The position numbers and the translations under genes were made by a program. Below the pieces are notes generated by a model. That model searched no databases, was not told the origin of the DNA, and worked only from the letters and a program-made list of their open reading frames with translations. A stretch of DNA of 32,685 nt from Rhizomicrobium sp. (GTDB taxonomy: Bacteria > Pseudomonadota > Alphaproteobacteria > Micropepsales > Micropepsaceae): the NCBI GenBank assembly GCA_035497595.1, contig DATJDE010000297.1, positions 1-32,685 on the forward strand, read 5' to 3'. This document shows, in pieces, positions 7,660 through 16,549 of this stretch (position 1 is the stretch's first letter; each line of letters opens with the position of its first letter).

Positions 7660-8993
7660 GTTGTGCTCCCGGCTACCTGCTCGGCCATGATGGCCTCCAG
7701 TTCGGCATATCCGTCGGCCAGTGTGGCGCGTTCGTCTTTCTTTTGCGTTAGGAACGCTTCAAGCTTCGGATATACTTTCGTCGCTGCATCCACTTCAATA
7801 TTCGTGCCAGCTTTATATGCCCCAAGACGGATCAACTCGGCCATGTCTTCATAGATCGCGAGCGGTGCGCGGGCGCGTGCAATGATAGTGCGTTCCGCCT
7901 CCGTGTTGCAGGCAGGCATTGTGCGCGACACCGATTTCAACACGTTAATCGCCGGAAAGCGCCCGCGTTCGGCAATGGCGCGGTCCAGCACGATATGGCC
8001 ATCGAGAATACCACGCACCGCATCGGCGACGGGCTCATTGTGATCGTCGCCCTCAACAAGAACGGTGAATAGACCGGTGATCGAGCCCGCACGGCCTTGC
8101 AAACCAGGGCCTGCGCGTTCCAGCAATTTGGGAAGTTCCGCAAATACTGTGGGCGTGTAGCCTTTTGAGGCGGGTGGTTCGCCCGCGGACAGACCGATCT
8201 CGCGTTGTGCCATTGCGAAACGGGTGACGCTGTCCATCAACAGCAACACGTTAAGACCCGAATCGCGCAACTGCTCGGCAACCGCCATGGCGACATAGGC
8301 AGATTGGCGGCGCACCAGTGCCGGTTCATCGGAGGTGGCGGCGATGACGACGCTGCGTTTGAGCCCGTCCTCGCCCAGATCGTCTTCGATAAATTCTTTC
8401 AACTCGCGGCCACGTTCACCCACCAGCGCGATGACAATCGCATCGGCATCGGTGTTGCGTGCGAGCATGGCGAGCAGTGTCGATTTGCCGACGCCGGAGC
8501 CTGCGAAAATGCCCATGCGCTGGCCGCGGCACAGGGTGGTGAACGCATTCATGGCGCGCACGCCGAGATCCAGTTTGCCGCCGACGCGGGCGCGCGCGGC
8601 AGCATGTGGTGGCATCGCTTTCACAGGATACGGCACCGCGCCGTGTGGCAGCGGGCCTTTGCCATCGGTTGGATTGGCGAAGGCATCGATCACCCGGCCC
8701 AGCCAGCCGGTGCAGGGATGGATAGAGGCGGGCTTGTCTTCAAACTCGGCATGGGCGCCCAGGGTGACGCCATCGAGGCTGCCCAGCGGCATCACCACGG
8801 CACGGCCCTCGCGAAAACCCACCACCTCACACGGGATACTTGGCTTACCCGGCACCACAATACGGACCTGCCCGCCCAGGCTGATGGCGCCCGCCGCCCC
8901 CGTCACCTCGACCGACAGGCCTTCGATGCGGGCAACGCGGCCAAACCGCCGCACTGGCGGGATGGCTTCAATTTCTTTCAACAAAGCGAGCAT
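7656..8993 (-). CDS. fliI: Flagellar export ATPase FliI
   Basis: GQRMGIFAGSGVGKST (Walker A), GERGRE, LLLMDSVTRFAMAQREIGL, LDGHIVL. Confidence 0.97.
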   Translation of the reverse strand: MLALLKEIEAIPPVRRFGRVARIEGLSVEVTGAAGAISLGGQVRIVVPGKPSIPCEVVGFREGRAVVMPLGSLDGVTLGAHAEFEDKPASIHPCTGWLGRVIDAFANPTDGKGPLPHGAVPYPVKAMPPHAAARARVGGKLDLGVRAMNAFTTLCRGQRMGIFAGSGVGKSTLLAMLARNTDADAIVIALVGERGRELKEFIEDDLGEDGLKRSVVIAATSDEPALVRRQSAYVAMAVAEQLRDSGLNVLLLMDSVTRFAMAQREIGLSAGEPPASKGYTPTVFAELPKLLERAGPGLQGRAGSITGLFTVLVEGDDHNEPVADAVRGILDGHIVLDRAIAERGRFPAINVLKSVSRTMPACNTEAERTIIARARAPLAIYEDMAELIRLGAYKAGTNIEVDAATKVYPKLEAFLTQKKDERATLADGYAELEAIMAEQVAGSTT

Positions 8994-9055
8994 GTTTTTA
9001 TCCCGGCAGGCCGCCTTTTGCGGGCCTTCATATGCGCCATTGTGAGGCCAAGGAT

Positions 9056-9202
9056 TTAAGTGGCGGTAAACTTAACAAGAGAATCAAAGAGATGGGCGCA
9101 AAACCCTAATTCGCGTTAAGGCCTGTTCGCGGGGCCTTGCCCCCTTCCCCCTTTGGAAAGGCGATGTTAACCATTTCCGGTTACCGTTTGCTCATCGGTT
9201 AA
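9056..9202. promoter_or_regulatory. fliI/ctrA divergent control region with CtrA-type sites and a CcrM GANTC site
   Basis: TTAA-N7-TAAA (9056-9070); TTAA at 9072, 9116 and 9199; TTAACCAT (9167-9174); GAATC (9081-9085). Confidence 0.7.
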
Positions 9203-9249
9203 CCAAACCGGCGGGTCCGAGAGACGCGAGAGACGAAGGGGTCGTACCA

Positions 9250-9942
9250 ATGCGTGTGCTTTTGATCGAAGACGATAGCGCCATGGCGCGCAGCATCGAA
9301 TTGATGCTGCGGAGCGAGGGTTTCAACGTCTACACCACCGATCTTGGCGAAGAAGGCATCGATCTGGGCAAGCTCTACGATTACGACATCGTGGTGCTGG
9401 ATCTCCAGCTTCCCGACATGAGCGGCTTTGAAGTGCTGAAATCCCTGCGGCTGGCCAAGGTCCAGACCCCGGTGATGATCCTTTCAGGCAATGCCATCGT
9501 GGAAGCCAAGGTCCGCGCGCTGGGTTTTGGCGCCGACGATTACATGACCAAGCCATTCCACAAGGATGAGCTGATCGCCCGTATTCAGGCGGTTGTGCGC
9601 CGTTCCAAGGGCCACTCCCAGTCGGTGATCACCACCGGCAAGCTGACGGTCAATCTGGACGCCAAGACCGTAGAGGTCGATGGCAGCCGTGTGCACCTGA
9701 CCGGCAAGGAATATCAGATGCTGGAGCTGCTCTCGCTGCGCAAAGGCACCACGCTCACCAAGGAAATGTTCCTCAACCACCTTTATGGCGGGATGGATGA
9801 GCCGGAACTGAAGATCATCGACGTCTTCATCTGCAAGCTGCGCAAAAAGCTGGCAGCGGCCACCAGCGGGGACACCTATATCGAAACCGTGTGGGGGCGC
9901 GGCTATGTGCTGCGCGATCCCGAAGGCGAAATGGCCGCTTAA
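9250..9942 (+). CDS. ctrA: Cell-cycle master response regulator CtrA
   Basis: MRVLLIEDD...[18 protein letters not shown]; [31 protein letters not shown]; [12 protein letters not shown]. Confidence 0.98.
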   Translation: MRVLLIEDDSAMARSIELMLRSEGFNVYTTDLGEEGIDLGKLYDYDIVVLDLQLPDMSGFEVLKSLRLAKVQTPVMILSGNAIVEAKVRALGFGADDYMTKPFHKDELIARIQAVVRRSKGHSQSVITTGKLTVNLDAKTVEVDGSRVHLTGKEYQMLELLSLRKGTTLTKEMFLNHLYGGMDEPELKIIDVFICKLRKKLAAATSGDTYIETVWGRGYVLRDPEGEMAA

Positions 9943-10007
9943 GGTCTTTCGCCGCCAAATCTGCTGCGTCGCGGGGAACAGATCACCGCGGCGGCAGTTG
10001 ATGGCGG

Positions 10008-10478
10008 ATGACCCGGCGAGATTTTTTTGGGCTCTGCACCTTTTTTCTGCTCTGCGGTTTCGTGGCAGCGGTGAGTGTTCTTGTCACCGTGCCCAATGTG
10101 GCCGGTTGGTATCATGGCCTTCACCATCCCTCGTTTCGTCCGCCGGACAATCTGTTCGCGCCGATCTGGACCATTCTGTACGTTCTGATTGCGGTGTCGG
10201 GCTGGCTGGTCTGGAGCAAGGTGGGGTTTCGCGCCCCTGTCGCCATGACGCTGTATGGCATTCAACTTGTGTTGAACCTGGCCTGGCCGCTGCTCTTTTT
10301 CGGCGGCCACCACCTCGGCGCAGCGCTCGCCGACAGTGCGCTGTTGCTTGCGGCGATTGCGCTGACGATTGCGGCCTTCTGGCGGGTCGAGAAGATTGCG
10401 GCGGTTCTTCTGGTGCCCTATTTTCTGTGGGTGGGCTTTGCGACAGCCCTCAACGCGGCGATCTGGCGGCTTAATTGA
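10008..10478 (+). CDS. tspO: TspO/MBR family tryptophan-rich membrane protein
   Basis: WY..L.HPSFRPP..LFAPIWTILY; QLVLNLAWPLLFF; LLVPYFLWVGFATALN. Confidence 0.92.
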   Translation: MTRRDFFGLCTFFLLCGFVAAVSVLVTVPNVAGWYHGLHHPSFRPPDNLFAPIWTILYVLIAVSGWLVWSKVGFRAPVAMTLYGIQLVLNLAWPLLFFGGHHLGAALADSALLLAAIALTIAAFWRVEKIAAVLLVPYFLWVGFATALNAAIWRLN

Positions 10479-10514
10479 TGCGCCGCGCCGTCTTTTTTAG
10501 GTATTCAGCCTGAC

Positions 10515-11390
10515 ATGGATGCGCTTTATCCCGTTCCCCTGACCGATTGGACCTCTGTTCCCACCCATGCGCTGAAGCAGGCGGCTGCGGAGGCGTTGGA
10601 GACGGGGCGTGTGTTGTTGCTGCCGCAGCTTTCTTTTGCGCTGCGCAGCCATGAGGCGGCGCTGCTTTCGCCCACCTTATCCAACGGGCGGGCGAAGAAT
10701 ATCAGCCTTGATCCGAGCGGGCGGCTGAAACATTCGGCGGTGCCGCCCGACCAGCATGAGAGTTTGCGCGCCATGATGGAGCGTTTTGCCACCAGCGCGG
10801 TGACGCTGGTGGGCAATCTGTTTCCCGGTTATGTGCCGAAATTGGAGCGGGCACGCACCTCTTATCGCCCGATCGAGATTGCGGGGCGCAAATCATCGCC
10901 GGTGAAGGATGATTCGCGGCTGCATGTGGATGCGTTTCCGACCCGGCCTTTGGCGGGGCGGCGGATTTTGCGGCTGTTCAGCAATATCAACCCACATGGC
11001 GCGCCTCGGCTCTGGCATGTGGGCGAGCCGTTTGAAGACATGGCGCGCAAGATATTGCCCAAGGTGCGCGAGCCGGTTGCGGTGATGCCTTATCTGCTGG
11101 CGGCGGTGGGCGCGACGCGCGGGGTACGCTCTCATTACGACAATCTGATGCTGGGGCTGCACGATACGGCCAAGCTGGATGAAGCCTATCAGCGCGATTG
11201 CCTGCATCACAAAATCGCGTTTTCCGCAGGCTGCACCTGGATGTGTTTCACCGATCAGGTGATGCATGCGGCGCTGGCCGGGCAATATGTGCTGGAGCAG
11301 ACGTTTCATCTCGATATCGATGCGATGGATCAGCCGTCGCGCGCGCCGATCAAGGTGCTGGAGCGGATGACGGGGCGCGTGCTGGCGTAG
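10515..11390 (+). CDS. Kdo hydroxylase family dioxygenase (KdoO-like)
   Basis: KNISLD; RTSYRP; RLHVDAFPTRP (HxD); RILRLFSNINP; WMCFTDQVMHAALAGQYVLEQTF (distal His). Confidence 0.88.
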   Translation: MDALYPVPLTDWTSVPTHALKQAAAEALETGRVLLLPQLSFALRSHEAALLSPTLSNGRAKNISLDPSGRLKHSAVPPDQHESLRAMMERFATSAVTLVGNLFPGYVPKLERARTSYRPIEIAGRKSSPVKDDSRLHVDAFPTRPLAGRRILRLFSNINPHGAPRLWHVGEPFEDMARKILPKVREPVAVMPYLLAAVGATRGVRSHYDNLMLGLHDTAKLDEAYQRDCLHHKIAFSAGCTWMCFTDQVMHAALAGQYVLEQTFHLDIDAMDQPSRAPIKVLERMTGRVLA

Positions 11391-11430
11391 GGTTACGCTG
11401 GTTCTTGGTTATTTTTGACAGTTTGGGTCA

Positions 11431-11468
11431 TGTCACCTGGGTGGCCCGCACTTGGCGGGCCATGACAG
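11431..11468. repeat. REP-like palindromic element, copy 1
   Basis: TGTCACCTGGGTGGCCCGCACTTGGCGGGCCATGACAG; 35/38 identical to 13782-13819; lies between convergent genes. Confidence 0.8.
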
Positions 11469-11477
11469 GGAGCTTGT

Positions 11478-13298
11478 CTAACCAGCCAGCGCCATGGCGT
11501 TTGAGAATTGCAGGTCGGCGAGGCGGGCGTAGAGGCCGCCATGGGCGACGAGTTCGGCGTGGCTGCCTTCGCCGACGATGCGGCCTTTATCCATCACCAC
11601 GATGCGTTTGAGTTTTTGAATCGTCGCAAGACGGTGGGCGATGACGATGGTGGTGCGGCCGGCCATCAGATTGGCGAGGCCTTGTTGTACGAGGCGTTCG
11701 TTTTCGGAATCCAGCGCAGACGTGGCTTCGTCGAGCAGCAGCAGCGGGGCATCGCGCAGAATGGCGCGCGCGATGGCCAGGCGCTGGCGCTGGCCGCCGG
11801 ACAGCGTCACGCCGCGTTCGCCGACCAGCGTGTCATAGCCTTGCGGCAGCGCGATAATATATTCGGCGGCGGCGGCAGCTTCCGCGGCGGCGCGCACCTC
11901 TGCGTCGCTCGCATCCAGCCGGCCATAGCGGATATTGTCGGCGATGGTGCCGGAGAAGATCGCCGGGTCTTGTGCCACCAGTGCGATGTGTTTGCGCAAA
12001 TCCGCCGGATCGAGATCGGCGACATCGACGCCATCGAAACGAATAGTGCCGCTTTGCGCCGCGAAATAGCGCAGCAGCAATTGGAACACGGTGGATTTGC
12101 CTGCGCCCGAGGGGCCGACCAGCGCCACCGCTTCGCCAGGCAGGATGGACAGCGAAAAATCATTCAGCGCGGCGGCATCGGGGCGGGAGGGATAGTGGAA
12201 GGTGACATGGTCGAAGCTGACCGCGCCTTTTGCGGGCACAGGCAGGCTGTGGGGCTGGGCCGGGGCGTGCACGGCGGGCTCGACATGGAGCAGCTCCATC
12301 AGCCTTTCGCTGGCACCGGCGGCGCGTTGCAGATCGCCCCAGGTTTCGCTGAGCGCGCCGAAACCGCTGGAGACCAGCACGGCATAAAGGATGAACTGCA
12401 TCAGCTCACCGCCGGTCATGCTGTGATCCATCACATCGCGCGCGCCAACCCACAACACGCCCACCACGCAGGCGGCCATGGCGAAGATGGTCACCGCCGT
12501 CATCACCGCGCGGGCGCGGGTGCGGGTGACCGCGACATCGAAGGAGGTTTCGACATTCTGGCCGAACAGTTTGCGGTCTTCATTTTCGTGGGTGAAGGCC
12601 TGCACGGTTTGCACGGCGTTGAGAGTTTCACTGGCGCGGGCCGATGTATCGGCCACGCTGTCCTGGCTCTTGCGCGACAGGGTACGGACCCAGCGGCCGA
12701 ACAGGATCAGCGGCACCATGACAAGGGCCACCGCCGCAAGCACCAGAATGGACAGTTTGAGGCTGGTGAAGAACAGCAGCACCAGCCCGCCCGCCAGCAT
12801 CACCAGATTGCGCATGGCGACCGAGGCGGAGGAACCGATCACCGTTTGGATGAGGGTGGTATCGGCGGTGAGGCGGGAGAGCACTTCGCCGGTGCGGGTG
12901 ACTTCGTAGAAGGCAGGCGTCAGCGACAGGACGTGGTTGAACACCGCTTTGCGGATGTCGGCGATCACCCGTTCGCCCAGCCAGGTGACGAAATAGAAGC
13001 GCACGGCGGTGGCAAGGCCCAGAATGGCGGCGACCGCGATGAGGGCGAGGAAATATTGCCCGATCTGGGCGGCATATTCGGCATCGAAGCCATGGTCGAT
13101 CACCCGGCGGACGGCCACGGGAATCACCAGGCTGGCGGTGGAGGAGGCGATCAGGGCAATGCCGGCCACCGCGATCCGCCCGCGATAGGGCCGCAGGAAC
13201 GGAAGCAGTCTCCTGAGCGGCCCCAGCGAGCGGGATTTTTCGCGGCCAGCCGCGGTGTGGGCCACCTTTGCGGCATAATCTTCGGCGGAACCGGCCAT
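11478..13298 (-). CDS. ABC exporter, fused permease/ATPase (MsbA/ExsA-like type IV exporter)
   Basis: Six-TM domain followed by [33 protein letters not shown]. Confidence 0.93.
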   Translation of the reverse strand: MAGSAEDYAAKVAHTAAGREKSRSLGPLRRLLPFLRPYRGRIAVAGIALIASSTASLVIPVAVRRVIDHGFDAEYAAQIGQYFLALIAVAAILGLATAVRFYFVTWLGERVIADIRKAVFNHVLSLTPAFYEVTRTGEVLSRLTADTTLIQTVIGSSASVAMRNLVMLAGGLVLLFFTSLKLSILVLAAVALVMVPLILFGRWVRTLSRKSQDSVADTSARASETLNAVQTVQAFTHENEDRKLFGQNVETSFDVAVTRTRARAVMTAVTIFAMAACVVGVLWVGARDVMDHSMTGGELMQFILYAVLVSSGFGALSETWGDLQRAAGASERLMELLHVEPAVHAPAQPHSLPVPAKGAVSFDHVTFHYPSRPDAAALNDFSLSILPGEAVALVGPSGAGKSTVFQLLLRYFAAQSGTIRFDGVDVADLDPADLRKHIALVAQDPAIFSGTIADNIRYGRLDASDAEVRAAAEAAAAAEYIIALPQGYDTLVGERGVTLSGGQRQRLAIARAILRDAPLLLLDEATSALDSENERLVQQGLANLMAGRTTIVIAHRLATIQKLKRIVVMDKGRIVGEGSHAELVAHGGLYARLADLQFSNAMALAG

Positions 13299-13413
13299 GT
13301 GTCCTTACCCTTGGGCAGTCGTCATAGTGTAGCGGACCGGGCACTGTGCGACGAACCGGACCGTTCGCCGCGCGTCCTTAGCCCATTGGCGCGGCCAAGT
13401 CCTGATCGGCGGC

Positions 13414-13443
13414 TTGCCAAAGGCCCATGGCCTCCCTTATAAG
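13414..13443 (+). promoter_or_regulatory. Putative sigma-70 promoter of rpmE
   Basis: TTGCCA(13414)-N18-TATAAG(13438), 30 nt upstream of the ATG. Confidence 0.5.
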
Positions 13444-13473
13444 CCGCGGCCTTGGAACAAAGGGCCTTATGCC

Positions 13474-13695
13474 ATGAAAAAGGGTATTCACCCCGACTAT
13501 CATTTTGTGGAGGTCGCGCTCAACGACGGCACCACCTATCGCACCCGCACGACCTGGGGCGAGCCTGGCCAGAAGATGACCCTCGACATCGATCCCACCA
13601 CCCATCCGGCCTGGACCGGCGGGCAGCAGCAATTGCTCGACCGTGGCGGTCGCCTGACACGCTTTAACAAGCGCTTTGCGGAATTCGTGAAGTAA
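13474..13695 (+). CDS. rpmE: 50S ribosomal protein L31 (Cys-free alphaproteobacterial type)
   Basis: [10 protein letters not shown]...[14 protein letters not shown]...[11 protein letters not shown]. Confidence 0.97.
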   Translation: MKKGIHPDYHFVEVALNDGTTYRTRTTWGEPGQKMTLDIDPTTHPAWTGGQQQLLDRGGRLTRFNKRFAEFVK

Positions 13696-13722
13696 GCAGC
13701 TGCCGCATCGGTGAAAGAATTG

Positions 13723-13753
13723 ATGGCTCGCTTTTGGCGGGCCATTTTCTTTT
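13723..13753 (+). terminator. Intrinsic terminator of rpmE
   Basis: ATGGCTCGC/GCGGGCCAT stem followed by TTTCTTTT. Confidence 0.65.
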
Positions 13754-13781
13754 GGGGCTGGGCTTGAGAGATTTTTGCTGG

Positions 13782-13819
13782 TGTCAGCTGGGTGGCCCGC
13801 AACTGGCGGGCCATGACAG
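13782..13819. repeat. REP-like palindromic element, copy 2
   Basis: TGTCAGCTGGGTGGCCCGCAACTGGCGGGCCATGACAG; between convergent rpmE and rcdA. Confidence 0.8.
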
Positions 13820-13834
13820 ATGGGGCCAGCGGGT

Positions 13835-14365
13835 TTACGCGGCGGTTTCGCCGTACGCCTGTTCCAGGCGATTGAAATGGGCCTGCACGCCGGGATTTGG
13901 CGTTGTGGCGCCGAACAGTTCGTCATCCAGCCGGGCGATGCGGCGGTAGAGATTGTCGCTGCGTTCCAGCAGATCGCGCAAGGTTACGGGCAGAAGTTCA
14001 ATCCCTTCCTCGCGGCCGCCGAAGCAGATTTCGCGCGAGCCGAGGCGATAGCGATCACCTTGTGCATCTTCCACATCCATATCGCCCTCATGCACTGCGC
14101 GCTGCACCAGGAGCCAGCTTGCGGCCTGCATCAGGCGCGTGGTGACGCGCATGCTTTCACCGGCATAGAGCATGGAGGCTTTGCGCGGCAGATCGCGCGC
14201 TTCATCGCGACCACGGCCATCGAGATAGCGGGCGGTTTCTTCCACCAGCGCCATACCTTCGTCGAAGGTGCGATCGAACATGGCCGAGCCCGCAAAGGCG
14301 CGCACATCGAGCGCACGCTGTGCGGAGTCTTTCGAATCGGCATTTCTCACATCGGCCGTCGTCAT
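13835..14365 (-). CDS. rcdA: RcdA, ClpXP adaptor/regulator of CtrA degradation (DUF1465)
   Basis: FDRTFDEGMALVEETARYLDGRGR...YAGESMRVTTRLMQAASWLLVQRAV; conserved adjacency to rpmE and DUF1192. Confidence 0.92.
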   Translation of the reverse strand: MTTADVRNADSKDSAQRALDVRAFAGSAMFDRTFDEGMALVEETARYLDGRGRDEARDLPRKASMLYAGESMRVTTRLMQAASWLLVQRAVHEGDMDVEDAQGDRYRLGSREICFGGREEGIELLPVTLRDLLERSDNLYRRIARLDDELFGATTPNPGVQAHFNRLEQAYGETAA

Positions 14366-14526
14366 CGGCTATATCCCCGGCAATCACTCCAGCGGACGCT
14401 ACCAAGCCATGGCAGGCCAGAGAAGCCTGAAAGCCCTTTGGGAGCACTGGTTGCGCACAACTTCTGCAATAATGGATAACGGATGATCCCGTTCACCTTA
14501 ACGATGATTTGCGCGGCCCGCGGCTG

Positions 14527-14718
14527 TTAACGTTTGAAGACGGCATCGGCTGCGGATTTTGTGGTCCGCCGCGCAGCGATGCCCGCTTTGCAGCGGGCGA
14601 TCTCCGCCTCAAGGGCGGCGATGCGCTCCGTCAGTTCATGTTCGGAAAGATGCGATAAATCCTGCCCCAAAACGATGTCGGAAAGTTTTTTGCGGGGCTC
14701 TTCCGGATCGGCGGCCAT
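14527..14718 (-). CDS. DUF1192 family small protein
   Basis: LGQDLSHLSEHELTERIAALEAEIAR...KSAADAVFK; typical position next to rcdA. Confidence 0.88.
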   Translation of the reverse strand: MAADPEEPRKKLSDIVLGQDLSHLSEHELTERIAALEAEIARCKAGIAARRTTKSAADAVFKR

Positions 14719-14793
14719 GTGGGAACCTTCGTGAAGGCGGCGTCAGTCTCTGTTACAGTGGGCGCAGGATGCAAGCAGGAAAGTGGATCAGAC

Positions 14794-15771
14794 ATGAAGG
14801 CCATTGCAGTTGAACAGAGCGGCACAGAGATCAAACTGGTTTTGAGCGAGATCGAACGCCCTCAGCCTGGCGCGGGCGAAGTGCTGATCAAAGTCGCAGC
14901 CGCAGGCATCAACCGGGGCGATCTGGCCCAGGCCAGGGGTGCGTATCCGCCGCCGCCGGGTGCATCGGACACGCTGGGGCTGGAGGTTTCGGGTGAGATT
15001 GTTGCGCTGGGCGCCGATGTCACCGCATGGAACATTGGTGATTCTGTCTGTGCGCTTTTGAGCGGTGGGGGGTATGCGGAGTATGCCGTGGCGTCGGCCC
15101 TCTGTGTGCTGCCGGTGCCGCGCGGTGTTTCGCTGATCGAGGCAGCGGCACTGCCCGAAGTGCATTTCACCGTCTGGACCAATCTGATGGATTCGGCCCG
15201 GCTCAAAGCGGGTGAGCGGGTGCTCATTCATGGCGGGTCGAGCGGCATTGGAACGGCGGCGATTCAGCTGTGCGCCGCGCGCGGGCATGCGGTGTTTGCG
15301 ACCGCGGGGAGTGCCGAAAAATGTTCGGCCTGCGTAGAGCTTGGCGCGACCCGCGCGATCAATTATCGCGATGAGGATTTTGTTGAGGTGGTGAAGGCCG
15401 CGACCGGCGGCAAAGGGATCGACGTCATTCTCGACATGGTGGGCGGCGATTATATTGAAAAGAATTTCCGCGCTGCCGCGATCTGGGGGCGGATCGTCAA
15501 CATCGCTTTCCAGAAGGGCATGAAGGCGGAGGTCAATTTCGGGTCGATGCTGATGAAGCGGCTCAGCCTGATGGGCACCACCTTGCGGGCCCGCAGCAAT
15601 GCGGAAAAAGGCGCGATCCGCGATGCGCTGGCGCGCGAGGTCTGGCCACTGATCGAGGCCGGCAAGATCAAGCCGGTGGTGGATAAAGTCTATCCGCTGG
15701 CCGAGGCGGGCGCCGCCCATGCCGCGATGGCCAGCAGCGGACATATCGGCAAGTTGCTGCTGACACCATGA
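14794..15771 (+). CDS. NAD(P)H-quinone oxidoreductase (MDR superfamily, PIG3-like)
   Basis: AAGINRGD..Q.RG.YPPPPGAS; LIHGGSSGIG; DVILDMVGGDY; HIGKLLL. Confidence 0.93.
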   Translation: MKAIAVEQSGTEIKLVLSEIERPQPGAGEVLIKVAAAGINRGDLAQARGAYPPPPGASDTLGLEVSGEIVALGADVTAWNIGDSVCALLSGGGYAEYAVASALCVLPVPRGVSLIEAAALPEVHFTVWTNLMDSARLKAGERVLIHGGSSGIGTAAIQLCAARGHAVFATAGSAEKCSACVELGATRAINYRDEDFVEVVKAATGGKGIDVILDMVGGDYIEKNFRAAAIWGRIVNIAFQKGMKAEVNFGSMLMKRLSLMGTTLRARSNAEKGAIRDALAREVWPLIEAGKIKPVVDKVYPLAEAGAAHAAMASSGHIGKLLLTP

Positions 15772-15904
15772 GATGCCACCGCCAGGAACGGCACGCTCTA
15801 GCCAAGCCGCCAAACTCCGGCTAAAAGACCCGCCTTCCTCGATACAGCTATGGTTCGAGCGAAGGGACGGGGCCCGACGGCCTTGCCCGGGAAAGGAAAA
15901 ACCT

Positions 15905-16549
15905 ATGTCCGACAAGCCGCTTATGCCCAAAGCGACCGCCGTGTGGCTGGTCGATAATAGCTCGCTCACCTTTGAGCAGATTGCCGATTTCTGCGGACTG
16001 CATCCGCTGGAAGTGAAGGGCATCGCCGATGAGGATGTGGCCAAGGGCATCAAAGGGCAGGATCCGGTCGCCTCGGGTCAGCTCACCCGTGAGCAGATCG
16101 AAACGGCGGAAAAAAGCCCCAAGGCGCGGCTGAAAATGGCCCCGCCGAAATACAAAATTCCGCCGGTGAAGCTGAAAAAGGCGCCGCGTTATACCCCGGT
16201 GTCCAAGCGGCAGGACAAGCCCGACGCGGTCTATTGGATTTTGCGCAATCACCCGGAATTCGGCGATGCGGATATCATCAAACTGATCGGCACCACCAAG
16301 GCGACGATTCAGAAAATCCGCGAGCGGTCGCACTGGAATGCGCCCAACATCAAGGCGGTCGATCCCGTCACGCTGGGGCTGTGCTCACAACTGGAGCTGG
16401 ACCTTGCGGTGTTGCGGGTCAGCCAGCGCGTCGAACGTCAGGCCAAGCGCGCCGAACGGATGGGCGGAACGCTGAAGCCGGTGGATGACACGCTGGGCGT
16501 AGACGTCGGCGCAGAGTCTGATGACAGCAGCGCTGGCGAAGAGGCCTGA
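15905..16549 (+). CDS. trcR: Cell-cycle transcriptional regulator TrcR (DUF1013)
   Basis: PLMPKATAVWLVDNSSLTFEQIADFCGLHPLEVKGIAD; RYTPVSKRQDKPD; DPVTLGLC; AAGGAA SD before ATG 15905. Confidence 0.9.
   Translation: MSDKPLMPKATAVWLVDNSSLTFEQIADFCGLHPLEVKGIADEDVAKGIKGQDPVASGQLTREQIETAEKSPKARLKMAPPKYKIPPVKLKKAPRYTPVSKRQDKPDAVYWILRNHPEFGDADIIKLIGTTKATIQKIRERSHWNAPNIKAVDPVTLGLCSQLELDLAVLRVSQRVERQAKRAERMGGTLKPVDDTLGVDVGAESDDSSAGEEA

Noticed and set aside
9948-10028. Long hairpin plus T7 after ctrA as a terminator
   Set aside because: The T-run falls inside the tspO coding start (D-F-F) and is not directly behind the main stem; not supported as a terminator.
11508-13442. 644-aa plus-strand ORF and other long antisense ORFs (14788-16053, 16862-18415, 19583-20698, 22417-23844, 3414-4607)
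   Set aside because: They shadow well-supported genes on the opposite strand and carry no recognisable motifs, as expected from stop-codon scarcity in GC-rich coding DNA.
11431-13819. The two 38-bp repeats as ends of a mobile element carrying the ABC exporter
   Set aside because: The enclosed segment includes core rpmE, and there is no transposase/integrase or target-site duplication.
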